A DNA stretch of 64,000 nt, taken from positions 222,828,001 to 222,892,000 of the forward strand of contig OX597814.1 in assembly GCA_951406725.2 (NCBI GenBank), in the 5' to 3' direction. Shown here in pieces: positions 13,631 to 25,568 of this stretch (positions are counted from its first letter, which is position 1; each line of letters opens with the position of its first letter). Source of the DNA: Octopus vulgaris. Taxonomy: Eukaryota. The notes below the pieces were generated by a model. It was not told where the DNA came from. It did not search any database and saw only the letters and a list, made by a program, of their open reading frames with translations. Made by a program: the position numbers and the translations under genes.

Positions 13631-14727
13631 AAAGAAAAGAGGAGATGACACATTGGATAATGCAATATTATATATGCACAATGCCCAGAAGTAAAGGTGA
13701 CGGTCGTACTGGGAAACTGCTAAGTGTCCACTACAATCCACATGGGAATTTCCCCTCCTGGAGTCTTTCCTTCTGATTTAGGAACGCCATGGATTCAGTG
13801 AAAGACACTCTGCCGCCTGAGAACAAGTAGGGGATTATCAAAAGTTTATTTTGTCAGACAGGGCTACAAGACAGAACCCACAGCCAATAAATATAAAGAG
13901 CAAGACAAAGCAACGGAACACTAACCTCCCTGCTCATCAATAACCGAATTTGCAACTGACTGAAAAGGCCGAACAGAGTTCAATAAAAATGCAAAGAACT
14001 GTGAAAGGAAATACGAAACTGTAATATGATTATTGCACTTCGAAGAATCGAAAGAAGAATTGAATAAAATAGTAACATATACACTGCGTAATGACATCTG
14101 GAAATTCTTTCGTTTCAAGTTTTCTGTTCTTTATCAGAGATTGTCACTACTAAACAATAACAACAAGTACGGAATCTATAAGTCTAATGCTACTTTTTAC
14201 ACTTTCGATGAGAACTGTAACCCAACACCATCATTGTCACTCCTATAGTCAGCACCAACCCACTGACACTGCAAAAAATCGGTCATAGAAATATCAACAA
14301 CAGTTCTAAAATGACCTAAACAACATTAACAGCCTGTAACACTCCCATTCATTAGCATCATACAAATAACAAAGCCAAAACATAACACCAAAGACCACCG
14401 TAGTCTTCAGCAATTACTATTAACGATACCATCTCTAGAAACACACTAGGAAGACACAACGACCAAACAGAATTACGTCCGGTATTTAATCGAAATTCCA
14501 CACTTAACTATCATCGCTGCAACCGTTACAATGACCTACATTTAAACCATTATTAAAACAAATGTTCAACTATAACCACTAAACTCTCACCATCATATCT
14601 TCTGATGACAATGACAGCGTTACTATCACACCTGGTATTCATGTTACGTTGTCATTAACCCATTTTGTGTATATTTCCTCAATAAAAATGTTCTCAAGTG
14701 ATTGAAATGAATTTTCTATGCGATACC

Positions 14728-14941
14728 TATTTCAAACAAACAAGAGGACAAACAAGAACAGACAAACGGATTAAGTCGATTACATCGACCCCAGTGCGTA
14801 ACTGGTACTTAATTTATCGACCCCGAAAGGATGAAAGGCAAAGTCGACCTCGGCGGAATTTAAACTCAGAACGTAACGGCAGACGAAATACGGCTATGCA
14901 TTTCGCCCGGCGTGCTAACGATTCTACCAGCTCGCCGCCTT
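14728..14941 (-). mobile_element. SINE family B with 18-bp target-site duplication
   Basis: TSD aattttctatgcgatacc at 14710-14727 and 14942-14959; deletion near the 3' end. Confidence 0.92.
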
Positions 14942-15244
14942 AATTTTCTATGCGATACCGTCGAATTTAAAACCTCCTGCAAGAGCCACTAGGTGGGAAT
15001 TCATAAAACAAATTCATCTCGGCTAGTAAATTAAAGCATAAACTGAAACTCACTGACATTGTGTTGTAATCATTACTGGGCATTTACATTAATTTCTGGG
15101 CTGATGAAAAAGAATAAAAACTAAGATAAAAGCGCCCACATGAATGCACACATCCGCACCTTTCTGAAAATACACGAAGACATTCAAACATACACGGCAT
15201 CAAGTATATAACGTTTGTACACCTAAGTACAGGATGAATCGTAA

Positions 15245-15302
<58 letters not shown>

Positions 15303-15705
15303 ATGCATACATATATATCTATATATGTGTGTATGTGTGTGTGTGTGTGTGTATGTTAGTATGAGTTAGAAGTTAAGCAACCATCTAAGGGATAGTAGAT
15401 ATCCAATATACTACTGGATGTATACCTACGTATTTATATCCAAGTGCTTACTGTTGCAGGCCAATATCACAATTGGTATGGGTGGAGGTAAATCAGAAAT
15501 TCTCCCAGAATTTATAAGGCAAATAAGAAATGGCGAAGATAAAAATTCGACAAACATCAGCCTGTAAACATTCAATTATATCTATTAATTTATTACAATC
15601 ACGTGTAAGTGATTCAAATAACCGAATGAAATAAGCGAATAAATAAGTAAATAAATATATAAATAAAAATAAACGGAAAGAATAAATGATTGTACAAATA
15701 CTAAA

Positions 15706-15828
15706 CACTTACAGCTGTTTCCAGCATAGGGTGGCCAAATCTTCCGCATCACGCCAGTTATATGCATGGATGAACAAACATTGGACAGAGGTTGGACAAT
15801 GGTTGAGTCCCAAGGCTTCCTCAGAGAG
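15706..15828 (-). ncRNA. Type I hammerhead ribozyme-like motif with long stem II
   Basis: Minus: ctct CTGAGGA agc...gct g GAAAC agct GTA agtg; one stem I mismatch. Confidence 0.55.
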
Positions 15829-16116
15829 ACCCACGTGTTAGGAAACTAACATGTGGGGAAGTAATTTAAATAATAAAGTAAAATAAAAATAATATAATAG
15901 AAATATATAATAGTAAGAACGTCATTTCAAGGAGCCATCATAATCCACGATATTTCGTCATGATAAAGAAAGTCACTTCCAGGAGAAATTTTCGCAGGCT
16001 TGGGGGTTACATCCTGTTTCAATTATATCATTCCTTACTATTTCTATTACATTATTTTTATTTTACTTAATTATTTTAAATTACTTCCCCACATATTAGT
16101 TTCCTAACATTTGGGT

Positions 16117-16249
16117 CTCTCTGAGGAAGCCTTGGTGCTCAACCATTGCCTTAAACCCAGCCCAATGTTTGTTCATCCCTGTATATAACTGGCTTGATGT
16201 GGAAAACTTGGAAGATTTGACCACACTATGCTAGAAAGAGCTGTCAGAG
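16117..16249 (+). ncRNA. Type I hammerhead ribozyme-like motif with long stem II
   Basis: ctct CTGAGGA agc...gct a GAAAg agct GTC agag; stem I perfect, one stem III lesion. Confidence 0.55.
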
Positions 16250-16443
16250 TTTAGTTTCTGTACACTCACTTATTCATATTCGTTTGTTTATATTTATATA
16301 TTTATTTACTTATTTATTTGCTTATTTCAATGGTTTATTTGGATCATTTTCACATATGATTGTAATCAATTAATAATTAGATATAATTGAATGTTTACAG
16401 GCTGATGTTTGTCGAATCTTTATCCTCTCAATTTTCTTATTTG

Positions 16444-16512
<69 letters not shown>

Positions 16513-16679
16513 TACACGCGTGCACACTTACACACGCCCGCATATACACACACACACACACAGACGTCTGTATAAACGATCTACATATATTTATATGAAA
16601 ATCTGTATTAATCTATAACTATGCACATTGATATAATAATAGATAAAGAGAGAGACAGATAATATATGAACATATTGTT

Positions 16680-16972
16680 GCGGTGTGGCTGTGTGGTAGG
16701 ATTTGGTAGGCAGAAACTAAAAGAAGCTTGTTGTGTGTACTTGTGTGTCTGTCTGTTTGTCTTTGTGTCTGTGGTTCTCTCCCCACAAGCGCTTGAAAAT
16801 CGGTGTTGGTATGTTTACGTCCCGTCCCCGTAAATTAGCAGTTCGGCAAAAGAAATCGATGGAATTAAGTGCCAGGGTTTAAAAGAATTAGAAAGGGTCG
16901 ATTCATTCGGTTAAAAGAACTTCAAGGCATGGGCAGCATTCTAATGACTGTAACAAGTAAAAGATAAAAGAA
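16680..16972 (+). mobile_element. Degenerate SINE family A with internal deletion
   Basis: gtggctgtgtggta joined directly to ggatttggtaggcagaaact; 3' tail taacaagtaaaagataaaag. Confidence 0.7.
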
Positions 16973-17026
16973 GATATCTGTGTGTATATGTATGTGTGTG
17001 TGTGTGTCTGTCTGTCTGTCGCTGTG

Positions 17027-17305
17027 TATTTATGAATACATATGTATATGTTTAACAGTATCGTAACATTCTCTTCTTACAAGAGTTCCGACATTTATGT
17101 TGCAAGAAATTAATAACAAACATTTAAGCTTCGAACATATGTTGCAATAACATAAATAAAAGATACAACGTTCTCGTTAAGCACTCTTTATACAGGGAGG
17201 TACTAAATTTATCACCGAACAGACATACACACACAATAGATTTTCAGACTAATCTGGTGCGAGAACATGTGAAGTTAAACATATGTATGTGTGTATTCAT
17301 AAATA
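17027..17305. mobile_element. Putative MITE with ~30-bp terminal inverted repeats
   Basis: tatttatgaatacatatgtatatgtttaac versus gttaaacatatgtatgtgtgtattcataaata. Confidence 0.4.
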
Positions 17306-17342
17306 AAATAAATAAATAAATAAATAAATAGATAAATAAATA

Positions 17343-17760
17343 GCGCGCAGTAGAGACTGTGTTGTAAGTAGCTTGCTCACCAACCACATGGTTCTTGGTT
17401 CAGTCCCACTGCGTGGCATCTTTGGCAGGTATCTTCTACTATAGCCTCGGGCCGATCAAAGCCTTGTGAAGGGATTTGGTAGACGGAAACTGAAAGAATC
17501 CCGTCATATATATATGTGTTTGTGTGTGTGCGTGTGTGTGTGTATTTGTGTTTGTGTGTCTCTATTTGTCACCCTCTACCATCGCTTGATAATCGATGTT
17601 GGTGTGTTTATGTCCCTGTAACATAGCAGTTCGGCAAAAGACACCGATAAAATAATTACCAGGGTTACAAAGAATAAGTCTTCGGATCGATTTGTTCGAC
17701 TAAAGGCGGTGCTCCAGCATGGTCGCAGCCAAATGACTGACAAAGGAAAGAGAAAAAAGA
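17343..17760 (+). mobile_element. SINE family A, full length
   Basis: tRNA-like head with B box ggttcagtccc, internal (TG)n, 3' gctccagcatggtcgcagccaaatgactga. Confidence 0.9.
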
Positions 17761-17992
17761 AAAAAAGAATATACACACACACAAACATATATATATATAC
17801 ACATGTACACATATATATATAAACATGTATATATGTATACATACATGTATATATATATATATGTGTGTATAAATGTATATATATATATATATGTATATAT
17901 ATATAAACCAGCTTAGAGAAGAAGAGAAACGAAACGAAACCAAACGAATCGAATCGAATCGACGCGAAGGCGCCCAGTCATAAAATAGTGTA

Positions 17993-18598
17993 ATAAATAA
18001 AATATATGCATACATACAAACATATATGTACGTACCTACATCTACATGTATATATACATGCATATATAAATATATATACGTGTGTACAGGACACCACAAA
18101 TAGACGTAGAACTCAACGAGAAACGAAAATGTAAAACAGCAGGGAACGGACCATTCCTTTAACAACGAAAAAACAGAGTACAAGACAACTACACAAGGAA
18201 AAATCCCCTTCATCAGCTGTCCCTAGTTCAACTCCAGCGTGTTTCGAAGGTGAGGACAGAACACGTCTCGTCGAACTAATCCTTCCTGCGAAAGACTTAA
18301 ATAAAATTCCTTTGCAGAGGGGTAAAAACAAGGGAAAAAAAGGGAAAAAAATTTGACAAAAACAAGATGTAAAAACAATACAATTAAAAATAAATACAAA
18401 ATAAAAATACAATTACAAGAAATACAATACAAGAAGGAATAGAAACAGGACAGGAAAACAAATAAAGAGGGCCTATAAGCCTAGACGAGGAAAAAAAAAT
18501 TTTTTTTCACGAGCGTAGAAAGAAACATGTTTACTTGAATAAAGCCGCAGGCGAAAGGAAGTTCGTAGACCCGGCTGTGAGAGAGATGAGGAGGAGTG
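17993..18598 (-). mobile_element. Penelope-like/HHR-bearing repeat, left arm of a ~600-bp inverted pair
   Basis: Reverse complement of 19082-19668 over its full length. Confidence 0.75.
18205..18278 (-). ncRNA. Non-circularly permuted (S-G-C order) hammerhead ribozyme candidate, copy 2
   Basis: Minus: tagttcgac gaga cgtGTT ctgtcct ca ccttc GAAAcacg ctgga gttgaacta gggacag CTGATGA agggg. Confidence 0.7.
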
Positions 18599-18770
18599 TG
18601 TGTATGTATGTATATATATATATATATATACACTCGGCATCTTTATTTAGGAGCCCTTAATTGTATAACCACATGAATAATATTTTTCTATATGAATAAT
18701 ATTTTCGTCTTATGACTAATTCGTCTTTTGTGCTGGGCACCTGGTAGTAAATAATATTACTACCCTTCTT

Positions 18771-18820
<50 letters not shown>

Positions 18821-18825
<5 letters not shown>

Positions 18826-18917
18826 ATCCAAACATGAAAACACATCAACGCAGGGACGTGCAGCAAGTATAGTATTATTGGACGCTCAGGGAAGAAGGAA
18901 AGAAGGAGGGCGTTTCG
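18821..18917 (-). mobile_element. Fragment of the 54944-55141 Penelope-like repeat, broken inside its HHR
   Basis: agttaatccaaacatgaa...tattattggacgctcag...aagaaggagg..cgtttcg is the reverse complement of the 55030-55141 region; abuts (TA)n. Confidence 0.7.
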
Positions 18918-19041
18918 TTTCTTTTCTGTTCTCCAAGTAAGTTTTTATATATAATTATGACGCGAAACTCTGTAACCCTTTGCTTGACCTTCCCTTCCTT
19001 CCTGTCTCTCTCCTTCTTATTTTTCACCCTTTCTGTTTTCC

Positions 19042-19081
<40 letters not shown>

Positions 19082-19087
<6 letters not shown>

Positions 19088-19666
19088 TCCTCATCTCTCA
19101 CACAGCTGAGTCGACCACTTCCTTTTGCTGGCGGCCTCCTACAAGTGAACATGCTTTTTTCCTGCGCTAGTGAATTTTTCCATCGTCTAGGCTAAAAAAA
19201 GGCCCTCATTGTTTGTTTCCTTGTCCTGTTTTTATTCTTTACTTGTACTGTATTTTTTGTATTTGTATTTGTTTTCTATTTGTATTGTTTTTACGTCCTG
19301 TTTTTGTCACATTTCTTTCTTTCCTTGTTATTACACCTCTGCAAAGGAATTTTAGTTAATTCTTTCGCAGGAATGGCTAGTTCGAAGAGTCGTGTTCTGT
19401 CCTTACCTTCGAAACACGCATGGAGTCGAACTAAGGACAGCTGATGAAGGGGAATTTTCCTTGTATTGTTTGTCTTGTATTCTGTTTTTTCGTTGTTAAA
19501 AAAAAAGTCCGTTTCCAAATTTGTTTTTACGCTTTCGTTTCTCCTTGAGTTCTACGTTTATTTGTGGTGTCCTGTACTCACATATATATATTTATATATG
19601 CATGTATATAAACATGTAGATGTAGGTACGTACATATATGTATGTATGCATATATTTTATTTATTA

Positions 19667-19668
<2 letters not shown>
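19082..19668 (+). mobile_element. Penelope-like/HHR-bearing repeat, right arm, ending in (TA)n
   Basis: Inverted copy of 17993-18598. Confidence 0.75.
19378..19452 (+). ncRNA. Non-circularly permuted (S-G-C order) hammerhead ribozyme candidate, copy 1
   Basis: Stem III cgtgt(19391-95)/acacg(19414-18); GUU site 19394-96; stem I ctgtcc(19397-402)/ggacag(19435-40); GAAA 19411-14; CTGATGA 19441-47; stem II cttc(19407-10)/gggg(19449-52). Confidence 0.72.
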
Positions 19669-19709
<41 letters not shown>

Positions 19710-19944
19710 ATTGTGTCTGGGGATAGTCAATTTCTTTTTGTGCCTTATAATTTAACACAATAACAGGTAAAATTTCGACTTATTTTTATTTTCCTAAAAT
19801 TTTCGTTGCGTCTTGCAACCTTTTTAATAGTCTTGACTGTTTCTAATTATAAAGCATAAAAAGAAAATTACTTTCCCCAGAGAATAGAATATGCTTCAAC
19901 ACAGGAACTCACATAAAAAATCTTGCAAACCAAATCCCCAAACG

Positions 19945-19991
<47 letters not shown>

Positions 19992-20556
19992 GGATAATAA
20001 CAAAAATCTAAGTTTTTAGAGATGTCTTTTGGGAGGATAATTTTTATTTTAATGATACTGTTTACGATTACTCTAATGAGTTTCGAGATTTCCGATAGTC
20101 GTTTTCAAACTGAAATTTTGTGGTTTAGAAGGCTGTTTGTATAGCAAAAGACTTTTTCATACAAGTATACAAAAATTAAATAGACAAAAAAAAAAGAGAT
20201 AGAAAATTAAAAAATAAAGAATATAAAAACTAATATGAAAAATAATATATAAAAAAACAATAAAAGAATACAAAAAGTAAATGCAACAGCATGTGTGAAA
20301 AAGGAAGAAGAAAAAGGAAAAGGAAAAGGTGGAAGGTAAGAAAACAAAAAGTAGTTGAAAATGGTAGTGAGAAGAGACTAGGCTATCAAGAATAAAGTAA
20401 TGGAATATTTTTAGGAGTGGCCAAGAAGGTTGTTGTGTTCCTCTCAAAAGATGACCTTTGTGAATATTTTGAGGTCATTTCATTCATTTTTCACAGTTGT
20501 TATGGTGTGCCCTTATTTAGTCTCTCTCTCTCTTACACACAAGCACACACATACAT

Positions 20557-20973
20557 ACTCTTTTACTCTTTTACTTGTTTCAGTCATTTGACTGCGGCCA
20601 TGCTGGAGCACCGCCTTTAATCGAGCAACTCGACCCCGGGACTTATTCTTTTTGTAAGCCCAGTACTTATTGTATCGGTCTCTTTTGCCGAACCGCTAAG
20701 TTACGGGGACATAAACACACCAGCATCGGTTGTCAAGCAATGCTACGGGGACAAACACAGACACACAAACACACACACGCATATATATATATATATATAT
20801 ACATATATACGACGGGCTTCTTTTCAGTTTCCGTCTACCAAATCCACTCACAAGGCTTTGGTCGGCCCGAGGCTATAGTAGAAGACACTTGCCCAAGGTG
20901 CCACGCAGTGGGACTGAACCCTGAACCATGTGGTTGGTAAACAAGCTACTTACTACACAGCCACTGCTGCGCC
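20557..20973 (-). mobile_element. SINE family A, full length, young
   Basis: Complete head (A/B boxes), ccttgggcaagtg core-like segment, (agtaaaag)n tail. Confidence 0.93.
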
Positions 20974-21241
20974 TAATATACAATACACATAGACATACAT
21001 ACACACATCTACACACGCGTGTATACATACATCCATACACACATATACACACACACACAAACACACCCACAAACACTTACACTCCTGCATCTACGTGCAC
21101 ACATATACACACATACATTCGCACATGCACCCACGCATTCACATACAAGAAATATTTTGTTGCATAAACAACCTTGTAAACCACAGAATTTCAGTTTGAC
21201 AACGGCTATGAAAAAGCTCGAAAGTCATTAGAGTAACTGTA

Positions 21242-21287
21242 AACACCTGATGAAGCCTGCAGGGTATATCAGCCGAAACGTTGCGTT
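21242..21287 (+). ncRNA. Minimal type I hammerhead ribozyme-like motif within a Penelope-like repeat (~21150-21375)
   Basis: aacac CTGATGA a gcctg..cagcc GAAAC GTT gcgtt; one mismatch each in stems I and II; palindromic aacgtt stem III. Confidence 0.6.
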
Positions 21288-24179
21288 AACAACAAAGAAG
21301 ATGAGGACAATTATCCGTCAAATGTAAATAATGTAAATAATGTACATAATTCCGCATCTCTTAAATATAGAACTCTACGTGTGGACGTCCTCGTATGTAC
21401 ACTTTCCTGCTAGCTTTTGAGAGCATATATGCAAGTACGTGTCTCTGTTAGCGTGAAATCGAGGTGTCAATTTCTCTGCAAAACCATCTGCTCCACTTTA
21501 TATTTCTGATATTTTTGGTATCAATGTAAAGATGGGTTGTTGGTCGTACACACAGACATATACACGCAAATGCAGGGAAATGTTTGTCTCCTATCTCATC
21601 ATTAATGCTCCATTAACTTCAGCGCCGTTGCCGCTTACATCAAAATTGAGCATCGCCGCTGATATTATTCCACGTCCCGGTAGCACACTTAGTAGGCGTC
21701 GGATGTATAATTGATGCGTAATTAGCTCGCAAAGGAAGCTAGTTCCTGTAAAACTATGCGACCAGGTGAAATGAGACTGCGATGACTATGGGTGAAATTT
21801 GGTATTGCAAGTTTAAATGAGGTACAGTGGGAAAAAGGAATATTGGATGGCAAATGATATAATACACATCTAAAAATAGGATTTTAGTAGTGAGAATGGA
21901 GGTAAAGATATTGAAAATGCAAGAAAAAAGATAGAAAGAACGAAAAAGTAGGCATGAATGAATGAATGAATGAATGAATGAATGAATGACAGTTAGTAAA
22001 AAGACAAAGGATGAATAGAAAAAAAAATACAGCAAGCAATATTCACTCATTTTTGCAGAAATAGTTCTTTTATTTTTTAAATGAAAGATTGAATGAATGG
22101 ATAAGAAAATGAAGTAAAAATATATAAAATGGGAGAAGAAAACGAATAAAAGTGAAAAGCGAGCGTGAAAGAAATTGAAGAATAAATGAAGCACGAAAAT
22201 TTAATGGAAAAAATGAAAAAAACAAAGAAAATGTGAATGAATGACTGAATGAATGAAATCTAAAAAATAGGTTCTTACTTAGATAGGTGTCTGTTTTCAC
22301 TTAAAAGAGAATATTTATTCCAGTGTGCTTGGAGTATATTGGCCAAAAATTTCGATCAGATGATCTTATTAAAGACATATTCCTTGCCTGTTATTCTTAG
22401 ATATATAAAACGACAAGGGAAGTCTATGTTTACGAATTACTTGTCAATCTCTTGATTTTTTTCTTCAATTCTCCGTAATATTACAATATCAGAATTTAGG
22501 ATGTCCGAATGCTCCACTGAGGTATTTTCACTCTGCCATATTTGTCATAATATCTAGTCTATTCATTTATTGTCACTAAATATTGTATCAAGTCAAGTAG
22601 GGGAAATTGAAAATTACCACCACCTTGTTTTCAGTTACACCAGATCATAGTAGGTGTCACATAGTATCATCACAACTGAATACCCTTTTATATCCTGAAC
22701 AATCTATACCAACATACACGCGCGTAAACCGTACTAATCTAGAAATAACAACTGTTATCCGTTTTATATCACAATCTGCTGCATAAATCTCTTTTACACA
22801 AACACATTGCGAATGATTTTCCAATTTTCTTCGAACCGTCGAATAATTATTGCCACAAAAAACGCACTCACCAATGAAAAAAGAAAAAGATACCTTTTAA
22901 ACGATGGAAGAAAGTCTATTACGATTTAATTGGTGAATCAACGTTTGTAAAATTCAGATGCTGCAGCAGTAACATTCAACAGAATGATTATCAACGCAAC
23001 TAAAATATATGCCGGACTAGATAACATAAAACGTATTATTCCACTTATATACGACGAAGAGCAAATCTGTTAGAAAACAGACACGATGTCAAATTGCACC
23101 GAAATTAAGCAAAGCCAAAGCTTAGCTCAGTCTCAAACAACTAAATGAAGTAACAAAAGAATAAAAGTAAGAAACGAAAATTGACAAACGCTTCACACCC
23201 AAGGGTGAAAATTACAGCGGATATGCTACATCGCATATCTGAAATATAATCTCAAGAAATATACGTACCACACCAAGACATTTCTTGAAAAGTAGCCACG
23301 AAATAGTAGACATAAGAACTCAAAACGAAAATATGTACCATCTACCTAGTTTTGATTTATTCACTCCAACAAAGATCCAAAGATTAAGAGGTAACTCTCA
23401 TATCTCAAAAGCTTCAGTGATACCTGAAACATCTACACACACTGAAGAAATTACAGCAATCGATCACCAATAACAACGCGCTGAAGAAATCACTGCACTC
23501 AACACCTACAGCAAATCATATTTACTGAGCGTGGAATCTGGTCATAATCCCTCACAATCCCCCATTCCCTCCCTACCCCGCTCCAAAAATAAATCTAAGT
23601 AAAGTCATGCAACTGATGTTCTCTTATGTACATCATCCAAAATTCAAGACAGATTAATTTATAACATCACAAACTTACTTTGTCTTACTCGGTCAAATAA
23701 CAACGGGTATTAGAATCACTGCAGTTTACAGCTACACTAATCATAAACATAATAACAAAAGCATAACTTCAGCAACAAAAGGCATCTCACACGTTACATG
23801 TCTAAGAACCACGGACATCATAGAATATTTCCGTTCCAACCTGCTATCCACTAAAATTATTATTCAATAAGTTCTAATACGCCGCCAAATGGAGGTTTAT
23901 AGATTATTAAGTAACCAAACACCCCTAGTGTATTATCGAAACACTTACAGAACCTGTAATTTTGGGGGTGAATACCATAGCGAACCGCCGTTTCAACCAC
24001 TTATTTCATCCCATGCTTGAATAACTTTCCCACATTTCTTCAAATAAAATATAAAACATTCACGTCTTTGCAACATTCACCAGAATCCATAAACAATCAA
24101 TTTGAAGGAGAATCCACCGACTTAACAATACCAGGGGACGATCTAATAAAGCACAAACACACTGACACATCCATATACA

Positions 24180-24567
24180 TGTGGAAGCACTCCGTCGGTT
24201 ACGACGATGAGGGTTCCGGTTGATCCGAATCAACGGAACAGCCTGCTCGTGAAATTAACGTGTAAGTGGCTGAGCACTCCACAGACACGTGCACCCTTAA
24301 CGTAGTTCTCGGGGATATTCAGCGTGACACAGAGAGTGACAAGGCTGGCCCTTTGAAATACAGGTACAACAGAAACAGGAAGTAAGAGTGAGAGAAAGTT
24401 GTGGTGAAAGAGTAAAGCAGGGATCACCACCATCCCCTGCCAGAGCCTCGTGGAGCTTTAGGTGTTTTCGCTAAATAAACACTCACAACGCCCGGTCTGG
24501 GAATCGAAACCGCGATCCTATGACCGCAAGTCCGCTTCCCTAACCACTGGGCCTTTGCGCCTCCATT
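24180..24567 (-). mobile_element. tRNA-derived SINE (head C + tail X), full length
   Basis: Minus head tggaggcgc..ggcccagtggttaggg (A box)...ggtttcgattccc (B box); possible TSD catataca 24172-24179 / 24568-24575. Confidence 0.88.
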
Positions 24568-24606
24568 CATATACACACGAGAGTGATAAATAGATAGATA
24601 GATAAA

Positions 24607-24648
<42 letters not shown>

Positions 24649-24760
24649 CAGAAGTCACATGTTCACTGCATTCCAAGTATACATAGAAGATACGGCAAAG
24701 AAAACATAAAGACGATCAAATATACAGTAATAACATTAGCCTAGCAGAATGAAACAAAGC

Positions 24761-25159
24761 GGTGTACGAGTGGCTGTGTGGTAAGTAGCTTGCTAACCAA
24801 CCACATGGTTCAGTCCCATTGCGTGGCATCTTCGGCAAGTGTCTTCTGCTATAGCGCCGGGCCGACCAATGCCTTGTGAGTGGATTTGGTAGACGGAAAC
24901 TGAAAGAAGCCTGTCGTATATACGTATATATGCGTGTGTGTATGTTTGTGTGTCTGTGTTTGTCCCCCTAGCATTGCTTGACAACCGATGCTGGTGTGTT
25001 TACGTCCCCGTCACCTAGCGGTTCGGCAAAAGAGACCGATAGAATAAGTACTGGGCTTACAAAGAATAATTCCTGGGGGTCGATTTGCTCGACTAAAGGC
25101 GGTGCTGCTCCAGCATGGCCGCAGTCAAATGACTGAAACATGTAAAAGAGTAAAAGAGT
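24761..25159 (+). mobile_element. SINE family A, full length
   Basis: Matches the 53464-53925 copy. Confidence 0.92.
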
Positions 25160-25288
25160 ATATGTTATCTTATTGACTCTGATACAAACCATAATAAACC
25201 AACTCCAAAGCCAATCGAAAATACAACAGTTTATGGCACACCAACATCCAAAAAGGACTTTCTTCTTTACTCAGCAATGTAACACTCG

Positions 25289-25568
25289 TGAAAGGTAAGA
25301 GAGTCCAGCAATGTAACCTTGTGAAAGGTAGGAGAGTCCAGTTTGCTGGACATTGTTGTAGAGCTGAAAAAGAGGTAATTTCTACTCTTCTCCTCTGGAA
25401 GCCATCTACTCGCAATACCAGAGGGCGCACACTCTCCTACCCTGATGTAATCTCCAGGGATACAGGCATCCAGCAACAGGACCTCCGTAATGCCATGATG
25501 GACCGTGAAGTCTGGCGTAGCATGGTAAATTCCATTGTCTCGACCACGGTCGAACAATGACGATGATG
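25289..25568 (+). mobile_element. 5'-truncated young RTE-clade LINE 3' end
   Basis: Open frame RRVQFAGHCCRAEKEVISTLLLWKP...RGRTLSYPDVISRDTG...AMMDREVWRSMV; (gat)n tail; TSD aacactcg 25281-25288 / 25569-25576. Confidence 0.85.

Larger units (their letters stand above)
15370..16450. mobile_element. Penelope-like foldback element, ~410-bp inverted arms (15512-15920 / 16030-16450)
   Basis: Arms are reverse complements over their length; each carries an HHR motif; right arm ends in (TA)n; a third partial copy lies at 52410-52630. Confidence 0.75.

Noticed and set aside
20575-20940. Recurrent ORFs such as FQSFDCGHAGAPPL and STPVRNWYLIYRPRKDERQSRPR
   Set aside because: Translations of SINE A and SINE B, not genes
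24490-24567. tRNA-like sequences (also 62310-62380 and 53464-53535)
   Set aside because: SINE heads with A/B boxes continuing into SINE bodies; not tRNA genes
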